This document shows, one piece after another, positions 9,307-18,399 of a DNA stretch of 58,902 nucleotides. Under the pieces are notes generated by a model that saw only the letters and a program-made list of their open reading frames with translations, had not been told where the DNA came from and did not search any database. The position numbers and the translations under genes are program-made. The stretch is taken from positions 1 to 58,902 of the forward strand of contig PXBW01000074.1 in NCBI GenBank assembly GCA_003566775.1. Direction: 5' to 3'. Within the stretch, counting starts at the first letter, position 1; every line of letters begins with the position of its first letter. The DNA is from a candidate division WS1 bacterium (GTDB taxonomy: Bacteria; Armatimonadota; Zipacnadia; Zipacnadales; UBA5352).

Positions 9307-9335
9307 ACTCTATCATATACGCATGAACCGGTCAA
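9307..9335 (-). promoter_or_regulatory. sigma70-type promoter for the ncRNA/arg leader
   Basis: Minus strand TTGACC-N17-TAGAGT with an extended -10 TG. Confidence 0.6.
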
Positions 9336-9365
9336 GAATCTGACGGAGAGCAATCGTCTCAGCGT

Positions 9366-9395
9366 TTGACACGCATCGCGTGACAGTACTATAAT
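9366..9395 (+). promoter_or_regulatory. Consensus sigma70 promoter for the SH3-NlpC/P60 gene
   Basis: TTGACA-N18-TATAAT, both hexamers perfect. Confidence 0.75.
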
Positions 9396-9448
9396 CCTCC
9401 TGACGCGAGCACCCTTATCCCCCTACGGGAGTCTGCTGACACGCAATC

Positions 9449-11635
9449 ATGAGACGAACGTGTATAGTTGGCATATTGTGCGCAGTTATCTCGGGCGGTC
9501 TCGTCACCACTGCCGCGGGCAATGCTCGACCCGCATGGGTCGTGCCGGAGACACTGAACGTGCGCTCGGGCCCCGGTACCGATCGAAGATTGATCGGTCA
9601 ACTCAACCGTGGCGCCAAGGTGCATGTCACAGCCACGGAGAGCAACTGGTGCTGGGCAAGGCTCCCGAACGGAGAGTGGGGCTGGATCGCACAGTGGCTG
9701 CTCGAGTTCTCGGTGGACAGAGGGCGTCAACTTGCGGCCCAGGCGGGCGGCGGTTCAGGCAATCCGTCTTCAGGTAGTTCGGCGTGGATCAGGCCCGACA
9801 CGGTGAACGTTCGTTCCGGTCCGGGTACCAACCACGAACGCCGCGGACAGCTTAACAGAGGCGCAAGTGTCTCCATAATCCGGTCGGAGCAGGGCTGGTC
9901 GTACTGTCGCACCCCGGGCGGTCACGGCTGGATACGCAGTGATCTGCTTGAGCGCGATGCCTCAGCGGGGCAGCGGCTGGCACAGGGTTCGAGTAATCCC
10001 GGCGGCAATCCGAGTTCGATGTCACGACAGAAGGGCCACGTCAGCGCCAGCGATGTTCGACTGCGCTCGGGTCCCGGCACAGATCAGAGTGTCAGGGGAA
10101 TGCTCGCGCGCGGCGCAACCGTCTTTGCGCTCGAACGCCGCGGGGACTGGCTGCGAGTCGATGTTCACGGCGGTCAGGACGGCTGGGTTCACTCCAGCCT
10201 CGTCAAGTTCGAGGACGGCGGGCCAACCAGCACAGCCTCGAGCGGTACCTCAGGCAGTACGAGCAAGGGCTTCATCACCGGAAGTCGCGTCCACTTGAGA
10301 GCGGGGCCAAGCCTGAGTGAGCGGATCAGGGCGCACGTGGTTCAGGGCCAGACAGTCTATGTGACTCAGCGGCAGGGTGACTGGTACCGTGTGCGGGTGC
10401 ACGGCGGCAATGATGGCTGGATTCACACGAGCCTTGTCAGGATGGCGGGCGAAGGTGAACCAGCACCGGCACGCCCGGCTGCACAGGAGCAATCAGGTTC
10501 GACTGCGCGGGGTTACGTCGCGGGAAGCAGAGTCCGGCTCCGCGCGGGGCCGGGTACCACCGAGAGCATACGAGCCACGGTGGTGGAAGGACAGACGGTT
10601 TACGTCACCGGGCGGCAGGGAGACTGGGTCAGCGTCACGGTTCATGGAGGCGCCAGCGGATGGATCCATGGTGACCTCGTGAGGTTTGAGGGCGAGGAGC
10701 CCGCCCGTCCGCCGGCTGCGGAGACACCCGCGCCCGCAACACCTGCGCCGACGGCCGAGCCGTCCCCGAGGACCGTGGGCCGACAGGTTGAGGACCTTAC
10801 CGCCTGGATCGGCGAGGACACCGTGAATGTTCGCTACGGCCCTGGAACCGATCACGAGATCAAGATGCGGCTCAGTCGCGGGACACAGGTGGATGTGCAG
10901 GAGCTTACCGGTCACTGGTGCAAGATTGCGGATGATCAGGGGAACTCAGGATGGGTCGCGGGCTGGGTAATGAACTTCAAAGGGCCGGGTCAGGACCCGA
11001 CCGTAATTGATGGCGATCAGGAGATTCGGGTTCGCACCGCCTGGGTTGCGCGTCCCACGGTGAATGTGCGCTCCGGCCCCGGGACCGGCTACGAATCGAT
11101 CGGCCAGACCGTGCTGGGTACCGAGGTCATCATCCTCGACCGTGAGGACGACTGGTACCGGGTGGTGCTCGACAACGGCAAGACCGGATACATGGCGAGT
11201 TGGCTGCTGGACACACGGGCGCAGCGTCGCGCGCGCCTGGAGGATGAGACACCACCGGCTTCGTCACTTGGTCAGGCGATCATCGCCACCGCGCGCAGAT
11301 ATCTCGGTTCGCGCTACGTGCGTGGAGGTACAACGCCCGCTGGATTCGACTGCTCGGGCTTCGTGCAATACGTGCTTCGCCAGCACGGTATCCGCGTCTC
11401 GCGCACGAGCCGCACGCAGTTCCGCGATGGCACACCTGTTTCTCGCGATCAACTGCAGCCGGGTGACGTGGTGTTCTTCAGAGACACCTACCGAGCAGGC
11501 ATCTCCCACGTAGGCATCTTCATCGGTGGGGATGAGTTCATCCACGCCGGCAACAGGCGGACCGGTGTGAACATCACCACGCTCAGTTCAGCCTACTACT
11601 CGCGACGCTATGCGGGCGCGCGCCGAATGAGATGA
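9449..11635 (+). CDS. Secreted peptidoglycan endopeptidase: seven SH3b domains plus NlpC/P60 (C40)
   Basis: Signal peptide; 7 repeats of (V/L)N(V/L)RxGP..W..GW; C-terminal GFDCSG, HVG and FIHA catalytic motifs. Confidence 0.92.
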   Translation: MRRTCIVGILCAVISGGLVTTAAGNARPAWVVPETLNVRSGPGTDRRLIGQLNRGAKVHVTATESNWCWARLPNGEWGWIAQWLLEFSVDRGRQLAAQAGGGSGNPSSGSSAWIRPDTVNVRSGPGTNHERRGQLNRGASVSIIRSEQGWSYCRTPGGHGWIRSDLLERDASAGQRLAQGSSNPGGNPSSMSRQKGHVSASDVRLRSGPGTDQSVRGMLARGATVFALERRGDWLRVDVHGGQDGWVHSSLVKFEDGGPTSTASSGTSGSTSKGFITGSRVHLRAGPSLSERIRAHVVQGQTVYVTQRQGDWYRVRVHGGNDGWIHTSLVRMAGEGEPAPARPAAQEQSGSTARGYVAGSRVRLRAGPGTTESIRATVVEGQTVYVTGRQGDWVSVTVHGGASGWIHGDLVRFEGEEPARPPAAETPAPATPAPTAEPSPRTVGRQVEDLTAWIGEDTVNVRYGPGTDHEIKMRLSRGTQVDVQELTGHWCKIADDQGNSGWVAGWVMNFKGPGQDPTVIDGDQEIRVRTAWVARPTVNVRSGPGTGYESIGQTVLGTEVIILDREDDWYRVVLDNGKTGYMASWLLDTRAQRRARLEDETPPASSLGQAIIATARRYLGSRYVRGGTTPAGFDCSGFVQYVLRQHGIRVSRTSRTQFRDGTPVSRDQLQPGDVVFFRDTYRAGISHVGIFIGGDEFIHAGNRRTGVNITTLSSAYYSRRYAGARRMR

Positions 11636-12558
11636 GCTTCCGGGCAATCGTCTCGGCGGGAGTGTCACCGAGGATGTTGACGCGCATGAGTCTGCCTGCT
11701 CTCCTTGCGATGCTTCTGGCAATCGCACTTGCCGGGTGTGACGGCCAGCGGACGGAAGATCCGCCGTCTGTCCCTGATGGCCCCATCGAGATCATCGAGG
11801 ACCCTGCGGAGGCCACCGACGAGGCCCTCGAGTCGGATGAAGCACGACAGGAGAGCGCCGAGGAGTCCTCGACCGATGAAGATCAACCAGATCCGGAAGT
11901 CTCCGAGCCTCCATCCCCCGACACTCTCTCCGCCTCGGAAGATGATGTGGAAGAGGTGGGCACAGGCATTCTCGATGTGCTCGCAGCAATTCTCGGCTTT
12001 GCAGGCAGGCTGCTGTTTATCCTGATACTGCCGCTCGGTATCGCCGCTGCTCTTCTCGGAATGCCCGGCGCGGTGCTGGTGTTCATCAGCACGCTCGTCT
12101 TTGCTGCATTTCAGGGCTGGCAGGTGCCCGCCTGGTGGGTGCTTCTCATTCTGCTGGTACTGACGTTGCTGGGCGAAAGTTCCGAGTACTTATTGTCATT
12201 CGCAGGGGTAAAGCGGTCTGGTGCGACCAATACGACCGGGGTCTGGACGATGATCGGCGGCCTTGCGGGAGCCATCTTCGGGGGGATAATCTCGCCCATC
12301 CTCGCCGGCATCGGTGCACTCGCCGGCCCGATTGGATCGATAGCTCTCTCTATCGTACCGCCGGTTGCGCTCGGCGTGATCGGAGGATTCCTCGGCGGGT
12401 ACCTGTACGAACTGCGGCGCGGCAGATCTACTGACGAAGCCATCACTGCGGGAATCGGTGCGCTCCTCGGTCGGCTCGCGGGCTCATTCACGAAGGCGCT
12501 GGTGGTCGCCGTGATGGTCGCCATCATCCTGATCAGCACCTGGGGTACGCTCTTCTGA
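11632..12558 (+). CDS. DUF456-like membrane protein with N-terminal lipobox and acidic linker
   Basis: LAGC lipobox; acidic low-complexity linker; Gly-rich TM region (LGMPG, GGFLGGYLYE); start could be 11674 or 11686. Confidence 0.65.
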   Translation: MSFRAIVSAGVSPRMLTRMSLPALLAMLLAIALAGCDGQRTEDPPSVPDGPIEIIEDPAEATDEALESDEARQESAEESSTDEDQPDPEVSEPPSPDTLSASEDDVEEVGTGILDVLAAILGFAGRLLFILILPLGIAAALLGMPGAVLVFISTLVFAAFQGWQVPAWWVLLILLVLTLLGESSEYLLSFAGVKRSGATNTTGVWTMIGGLAGAIFGGIISPILAGIGALAGPIGSIALSIVPPVALGVIGGFLGGYLYELRRGRSTDEAITAGIGALLGRLAGSFTKALVVAVMVAIILISTWGTLF

Positions 12559-12642
12559 GATGGACACACGAGGTTTGGCCCACGTTCCCCGCAAGGCACT
12601 TCGCGACGCGGACGTCGCAGATCGTGAGGATACGTTCATCCC

Positions 12643-13779
12643 ATGGACCTGAAACAGATTGCGCACCAGGATGCAACGACTCGAACCTACCTTGGCAGCC
12701 CGAGCATCCTGCGAATCCCTGCCGACGCGCCTGTGCGGGCGGGCGAGATCGTGGTCACACACGATCACTTCGGACCCGGGTGCCCGCGTAATCACGAGGA
12801 TGAAGAGCACCTCACCTCCGTCTATCGTTCAGATGATGACGGACGCACCTGGCGGCGAGTCACGCACATCGCGAACGCGTTCTGGAGCAATCTCTTCTGG
12901 CATCGAGGCGCGCTATATCTGCTGGGATGCTCCCAGCAGTACGGATCGATCGTGATCCGGCGTTCCGACGACGGGGCCGACACGTGGACGCATCCTGCGG
13001 ATGCCGGGTCTGGTCTGCTATTCGCGGGTGGGCCGCGTCGCGAGCCGCCGAACTATCACTGTGCGCCGATGCCGGTGCTGAAGTTCGATGGGCGCCTCTA
13101 CCGCGCCTTCGAGGACTGCGACCCCTGCGTCTGGGGCACAGGCTTCCAGTCGGCGGTAATCTCCGCCGACGCCGGCGCCGATCTGCTGGACGCAGGATCC
13201 TGGCGCATGAGCAATCGTCTGCGCTTCGATCCCGCCTGGGCTCCGGAAGCCTGGCGCGCTGAGCGGCCGGGCTGGTTGGAGGGCAATGTGGTTCAGGCGC
13301 CGGATGGTGGACTGGTCAACGTCCTGCGAGTAAACTCGACGCCACGGCCGGACGTGGCTGCGATCGTCGCGATCAAGGACGAGGGAGCGCAGGTGTGCTT
13401 TGATCCGGCAGAGGATTTCATCGATTTTCCGGGCGGCATGAGCAAGTTCACGATTCGGCACGATTCGCAGACCGGACTCTATGCTACGCTCAGTAACAAC
13501 AATACCGACCCCTCGCGGGCGAGCCAGCGCAATGTGCTGTCGCTTCATGTATCAGAAGACCTGCTGAACTGGCGGCGGCTGATGACGTTGCTGCGGGATG
13601 ATCTGGCGCACTCATGGGGAGATTCGCTGCGTATGACCGGCTTTCAGTACCCCGACTGGCAGTTCGACGGCGAGGCGATCATCGCGGCGGTGCGAACCGC
13701 ATATCGGGGCGCGCACAACTATCATGACGCCAACCGGGTCACTTTCCACCGGATCGACGCGTGGCGCGACCTGCTGTGA
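12643..13779 (+). CDS. BNR/Asp-box sialidase-like beta-propeller hydrolase
   Basis: YLGSPSI; Asp-boxes RSDDDGRTW and RSDDGADTW; WLEGN; FQYPDW; HNYHD. Confidence 0.8.
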   Translation: MDLKQIAHQDATTRTYLGSPSILRIPADAPVRAGEIVVTHDHFGPGCPRNHEDEEHLTSVYRSDDDGRTWRRVTHIANAFWSNLFWHRGALYLLGCSQQYGSIVIRRSDDGADTWTHPADAGSGLLFAGGPRREPPNYHCAPMPVLKFDGRLYRAFEDCDPCVWGTGFQSAVISADAGADLLDAGSWRMSNRLRFDPAWAPEAWRAERPGWLEGNVVQAPDGGLVNVLRVNSTPRPDVAAIVAIKDEGAQVCFDPAEDFIDFPGGMSKFTIRHDSQTGLYATLSNNNTDPSRASQRNVLSLHVSEDLLNWRRLMTLLRDDLAHSWGDSLRMTGFQYPDWQFDGEAIIAAVRTAYRGAHNYHDANRVTFHRIDAWRDLL

Positions 13780-14000
13780 AGCGCTGGCGGTTACCGGGTT
13801 CGCTGTGATGTCGGTGATCGGTGGAAGCCCGGCCTGAGACTTTCCGTTACAGATTGGTCACCTCATCGAGGTGTATGCGGCGTCTCGACGGGGAACTATC
13901 TACATTGACTGATGACGTGCCGCGGAAGACGCTGACTGTCGCGTCCGAATCGCTGGCCCGCTGCAAGACGGTCAAGCATTCGGTGGGGGTGAGTGATCAG

Positions 14001-14483
14001 ATGGTGCTGGTAACTGCAGGAAAATCGGTGCGTCCGCAGCGAGGCACGGCCACGGTCGAGCTTGCCCTCGTGATTCCCCTACTCATCTTCCTCCTCTTCT
14101 CCATCATCGAGTTAGGGTTCCTGGTCAAGAACCGTACCGAACTCGGCCAGGCGGCCCGTGAGGGTGCCCGGTTGGCGGCGGTCGGCGGGACGATGGCTCG
14201 GGTTGATGCGGGGGTTCACGCGGCGCTCCAGTCCATACGTACAGAGACCCTCGATCATTCCTGTGATTCTCGCATCTGGGATGAGAGCGCGGAGAACTGG
14301 GCCGACTGGGAGCCCATGGCGACCGAAGGTGACGGCAACAACGCGCCTCGTGGCGCTCAGATCAGGGTGCGACTTGAGTATCAGCACCAGTTGCTTGTAC
14401 CGGGCCTGATGGGGCCGGTTCTGAGCGCAAACGAGCACGGAGAGGTCCGCCTCAGCGCGAGCAGCGTGATGATGCGCGAGTAG
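14001..14483 (+). CDS. TadE/TadG-like pseudopilin
   Basis: QRG-TATVELALVIPLL prepilin-like site, TM segment and AAREGAR motif. Confidence 0.85.
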   Translation: MVLVTAGKSVRPQRGTATVELALVIPLLIFLLFSIIELGFLVKNRTELGQAAREGARLAAVGGTMARVDAGVHAALQSIRTETLDHSCDSRIWDESAENWADWEPMATEGDGNNAPRGAQIRVRLEYQHQLLVPGLMGPVLSANEHGEVRLSASSVMMRE

Positions 14484-14644
14484 CCTGCGGCGAGATGACA
14501 GGTCGGCCACGGCGCTCCGAGATGAGGAGCGCTCTTCTTTTTCTGCACGGACCCGGCATCTACCGAGGATTATCCGGTGTCGCTGGAGAAACCTGTCGTG
14601 CCGTGACAGCGTCGCCGCTGAGGCGCGAAAGGGAGTCTTTCAAG

Positions 14645-15436
14645 ATGAGCCAGGAAATCAGGTACACAGTATTCACCAAGCCATGGAGAGAGATGTCAAC
14701 GTCGGAACTGGCGCAACATGTCGCGGAACTCGGATTCTCCGGCGTGGAGTTCCCCGTTCGGCCTGAGTTTCAGGTTGAGCCGGATAGCGTGGAGGAGGGG
14801 CTGCCGGAGGCCGCGCGCATACTGGCCGACCACGGTGTCGCCATCGAGAGCGTGGCCGGACCGACCGATGAGGCCACGATCGCCGCGTGCGGCGAGGTCG
14901 GTGTGCCGATTATTCGTATCTGCCCCGGCATCGAGGAGGACGGTTACCGGGCGACCTTCGACCGCCTTCGCAGCGAATTCGAAACGCTTCAGCCGATTCT
15001 CGAGGAGCATGGTGTTGCGATCGGTGTGCAGAACCACTGCAACAACTTCATCTCCAGCGCCCACGCGATCATGGACCTGGTCGGCGACTACTCGCCGGAT
15101 CAGTTCTGCGCTGTGTGGGACCCGGCGCACAATGCGCTTTCCGGAGAGATGCCCGAGCAGGCGATCGACATCTTCTGGTCGCATCTGCGGATGGTGAACT
15201 TCAAGAACCCCGTATGGCTGCGCCAGAATGGGCCGGAGGCAGAGCGCGCGGAGTGGCTCAGGTACTGGACCTCCGGCCGCCAGGGTATCGCTTCATGGCC
15301 TAAGGTCGTCGGGCTTCTGCAGGAGACCGAATGGGAGGGGCCGGTCACCCTGTGTGCGGAATACACCGACCGCGAATCGGTGGACCGGCTTATCGCCGAC
15401 GACATCGCTTACGCGAAAGAACTCTTCGGAGGCTGA
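14645..15436 (+). CDS. Sugar-phosphate isomerase/epimerase (TIM-barrel, AP endonuclease 2 family)
   Basis: FTKPW, GFSGVEFPVR, VQNH and WDPAH motifs. Confidence 0.8.
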   Translation: MSQEIRYTVFTKPWREMSTSELAQHVAELGFSGVEFPVRPEFQVEPDSVEEGLPEAARILADHGVAIESVAGPTDEATIAACGEVGVPIIRICPGIEEDGYRATFDRLRSEFETLQPILEEHGVAIGVQNHCNNFISSAHAIMDLVGDYSPDQFCAVWDPAHNALSGEMPEQAIDIFWSHLRMVNFKNPVWLRQNGPEAERAEWLRYWTSGRQGIASWPKVVGLLQETEWEGPVTLCAEYTDRESVDRLIADDIAYAKELFGG

Positions 15437-15439
15437 AGC

Positions 15440-16645
15440 ATGGACAGAACCGAGGGCACGTACCTCGTCAACCACGAGCAGCGTCCGCTGCGTTTCGGCG
15501 AGGTGAATCTTATCAACCCGCCGAGGCGCGAGCGGCGCGGGCTCCCGGCGCTCGAGGGAGTCCTCTGTCAGACCGTCTGCACCGGCTTCTGCGGCACCGA
15601 CTGGGAACTCATGAAGATGGGCTCGCAGAGGAGGCTCGACGACAAATTTCCCGAGGGGCAGCAGAGACTCATCAACGGCCATGAGGGCGTCGTGCGGGTC
15701 CCCGCGGAGGACCGTTACGCCGTGGTGCTGATCCGCGGCGGCGATTCGTGGGACCCGAGCCGTTTCGAGGCGAACGAGAGTTACTTCGAGTACGGCTGTG
15801 ATGGCGCGGATGGGCTGATGAGCCACCACGGGTACTATCATCCAAAGATGCTGCTGCCGATCCCCGAGGAATACCTGCCACCAGGAGAGTTGCTCGGCAG
15901 GCGGCTCGCCGCACGGTTGGTCTTCGCAGACCCGATGGCCTGCATGCTCTTCCAGTGCGAGCGGATCGAAGACCTGTTGATGGGGCACAACTGGAGGCTC
16001 TATGCAGCCCGAGGCATGAACCGCGAGGCGGCGATGGATTCAGCGGTCACCGACGGCTTCTCCCGTGTGGTCATCTACGGCCTCGGCAGCACGGGGAGTC
16101 TCGGAGCAATAGCGATTCGGGAGAAGTACCCCGATGCGCACATCGTCACCGTCGGCCGCTCCGATCCGGGTGGCGAGAAGGACGGCTTTCTCGCGCGTCA
16201 CTGGGACGGCATTGAGTACATCCAGACCCGCATGTCCACCGAACAGACCGCCCGCGCTATCGAGGAGGCGCTCGGCGGCAAGCCGCGCGTATTCATCGGT
16301 GCCTCGGGCAACTCCATCGAGGCCGAGGTCGCCTTCAACTGCGGCCTGCTGGATAACAACGGTATCTACGCGAGCTTCAGTCTCGGCCCCCGGATCTGCT
16401 ACGACAGCATGCCGTTCGGCTTCAAGAACCATCTGATCTTCGGTGCAATCAACTTCCGCCGGGATCACATGGAGGCCGCCATAGAGATGCTATGCAGTCT
16501 GCCGATGGATGAACTGGTGCGCGAGCGTCTCCTTGAGGACCTGCAGGCCGATCCGATCGACTTCTATCGGCAGGTGTACCGTGCCCCCGACCGAGCGCTC
16601 AAGACGATTGTGGTGTGGGAACAGGCGCTTGTTGACAGCGACTGA
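15440..16645 (+). CDS. Zinc-binding medium-chain dehydrogenase (glucose dehydrogenase-like)
   Basis: GFCGTD and GHE Zn motifs; YGLGSTG Rossmann motif. Confidence 0.7.
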   Translation: MDRTEGTYLVNHEQRPLRFGEVNLINPPRRERRGLPALEGVLCQTVCTGFCGTDWELMKMGSQRRLDDKFPEGQQRLINGHEGVVRVPAEDRYAVVLIRGGDSWDPSRFEANESYFEYGCDGADGLMSHHGYYHPKMLLPIPEEYLPPGELLGRRLAARLVFADPMACMLFQCERIEDLLMGHNWRLYAARGMNREAAMDSAVTDGFSRVVIYGLGSTGSLGAIAIREKYPDAHIVTVGRSDPGGEKDGFLARHWDGIEYIQTRMSTEQTARAIEEALGGKPRVFIGASGNSIEAEVAFNCGLLDNNGIYASFSLGPRICYDSMPFGFKNHLIFGAINFRRDHMEAAIEMLCSLPMDELVRERLLEDLQADPIDFYRQVYRAPDRALKTIVVWEQALVDSD

Positions 16646-16777
16646 CTGCGTGAAATGCATATGCGATGCATCGCCGACGACGCCTGACAGCAAAACGTAG
16701 AGATCGGCATCCCGTGAACGTAACCGGAGCAATCAACCCGTCACAATCAACTGCCTCAGATGCGGGGATGATCGGAG

Positions 16778-17845
16778 ATGACGTCGAAGCAACGCGTTAT
16801 GACCGCGCTCGACTTTCGCACACCCGACCGCGTTCCGGTCGCTCCAATGGCATTCTGGAGTGAGTTCACCGAACAATGGCGCGAGGTGACCGGTAACGAG
16901 GGGACAGTCGAAGACTGGTTCGGTGTTGATGTGCACATCGCAATCGGAGACGAAACACCCTACCCGAGCCTCGCCGGGGAGATCGGGCGAGATGGCGAGT
17001 ACGTCCTCCAGCGCGACGGCTGGGGACAGGTCAAGCGCACCCGAGAGGGCGGGGCGTTCTTTGGGCAGATCGATTTCGCATACGAGGAGGACGGTTCCCT
17101 CCGCCACGGCGAGTTCGAACCACCCGACCTCGACGCCCGCTATCGCAGCCTCGATGGGCGGATCGATGCTCTGAAGAAGCGTTACTGCGTCTTCGCCAAG
17201 GTCGGCGGCCCCTTCATCCGCACCGGCTTCATGCGCGGGGAAACGCGGTGGCTGATGGACCTCGCGGCCGACCCACAGATGGCGGCGGAGATGGCCATGC
17301 GCACCTCGAGACACTTGACCGATATCGGCCTCGAACAGCTTCGGCGCTGGGACCTTTACGATACCGGCGTCTGGATCTTCGACGATATGGCTGCAACCAG
17401 GGGGCCGATGTTCTCTCCCGCGACCGCCGAGCGTGTGATGGCACCGGCGTGGGCGCACATGATCGACAGCTTCAAGTCCGCCGGGGCCGAGAAGGTCATA
17501 CTGCACAGCGACGGTAACATCGGCCCGCTGCTTGACCTGTTTATCGATCTCGGCTTCGACGGCATCAACCCCGTCGAATATCATACCGGCCTGCATCCTG
17601 TGGAGTTACGCGAGCGTTATGGTGAGCGCCTTGTGATGCTGGGCGGACTCGACAATGCGTTGATCCTGCCACGCGGAGACCGCGACGAGGTGCGCGCTCA
17701 TGTGATAGATGTACTATACGCAGCGGCGGACGGCGGCTTCGCGATCGGGACACACTCGGTGGGGCCGGACATCGCGGTTGAGACGATCCAGCTTGTACGC
17801 GAGACCATCAATGAGTATGGTGAGTATCCGCTGAGGCTTCCGTAA
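16778..17845 (+). CDS. Uroporphyrinogen decarboxylase/MtaA-family protein
   Basis: MTSKQRV..PDRVP, DDMA..GPMFSP, LHSDG, DGINPVE and GGLD motifs. Confidence 0.85.
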   Translation: MTSKQRVMTALDFRTPDRVPVAPMAFWSEFTEQWREVTGNEGTVEDWFGVDVHIAIGDETPYPSLAGEIGRDGEYVLQRDGWGQVKRTREGGAFFGQIDFAYEEDGSLRHGEFEPPDLDARYRSLDGRIDALKKRYCVFAKVGGPFIRTGFMRGETRWLMDLAADPQMAAEMAMRTSRHLTDIGLEQLRRWDLYDTGVWIFDDMAATRGPMFSPATAERVMAPAWAHMIDSFKSAGAEKVILHSDGNIGPLLDLFIDLGFDGINPVEYHTGLHPVELRERYGERLVMLGGLDNALILPRGDRDEVRAHVIDVLYAAADGGFAIGTHSVGPDIAVETIQLVRETINEYGEYPLRLP

Positions 17846-18048
17846 GTGGTTCAACTGCCCTCATTCAGTCCTATCTCCAGGCGTTGCCGCTCGGACGTTC
17901 TCGCTAGCTACCTCTCCAGAGAGGTCGGACGTGACTCCACTTACGGGAGCGAGTGTCGGGCAGGTATCCGTCCCGGTCACCACGAAATCTCTGGCACGCA
18001 TTCGAGTACTCGCGGCGGCCTTCGGGTCGTTCGCAGGGAGGAATTGAC

Positions 18049-18285
18049 ATGGCAACCCTGAACCAGGCCGAGATCGACAGGAAAGTCGGAGCGTACCTCA
18101 AGAGCAACTACGGCGAGGACCTCGTGAACTGCGAGGTGCTGCAGGATGAGTTGAACGAGGACGGAGACGGGCGTCTCGTGACAAACTGCCGCGTGCGTGT
18201 CGGCGGCTCCGAGAGCCTCTGGCAGAAGACATTTACCTTCCGCGACAGTGAGATCGTTAACATGACCTGGAAGCGGCTCGGCTGA
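18049..18285 (+). CDS. Small hypothetical protein (78 aa)
   Basis: Strong GGAGG RBS, genome-like codon usage, fills an intergenic gap. Confidence 0.7.
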   Translation: MATLNQAEIDRKVGAYLKSNYGEDLVNCEVLQDELNEDGDGRLVTNCRVRVGGSESLWQKTFTFRDSEIVNMTWKRLG

Positions 18286-18399
18286 TCGGCTCGCGATCAG
18301 GCGTTGCCCTCGTCGGAACCCCGGGCGCGTTCGCCCCGTCATAGCCCGTGTAACGTCAGGTGACAGGTTAGCGCTGAGGCGCGTGGGAGGTAAGCGGCG

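Noticed and set aside
9022-9335. T-box riboswitch or Arg-rich leader peptide for the arg genes
   Set aside because: No GGTGGNACCGCG T-box motif and no short Arg-codon-rich ORF with an RBS. The 9141 N-terminal extension of argC lacks support.
9530-11220. Recurring ~GCTCGGGCCCCGG(T/C)ACC nucleotide repeats as a CRISPR or DNA repeat array
   Set aside because: They encode the RSGPGT motif of the SH3b repeats, with irregular spacing of about 200-300 bp. No CRISPR array or cas gene was found anywhere in the window.
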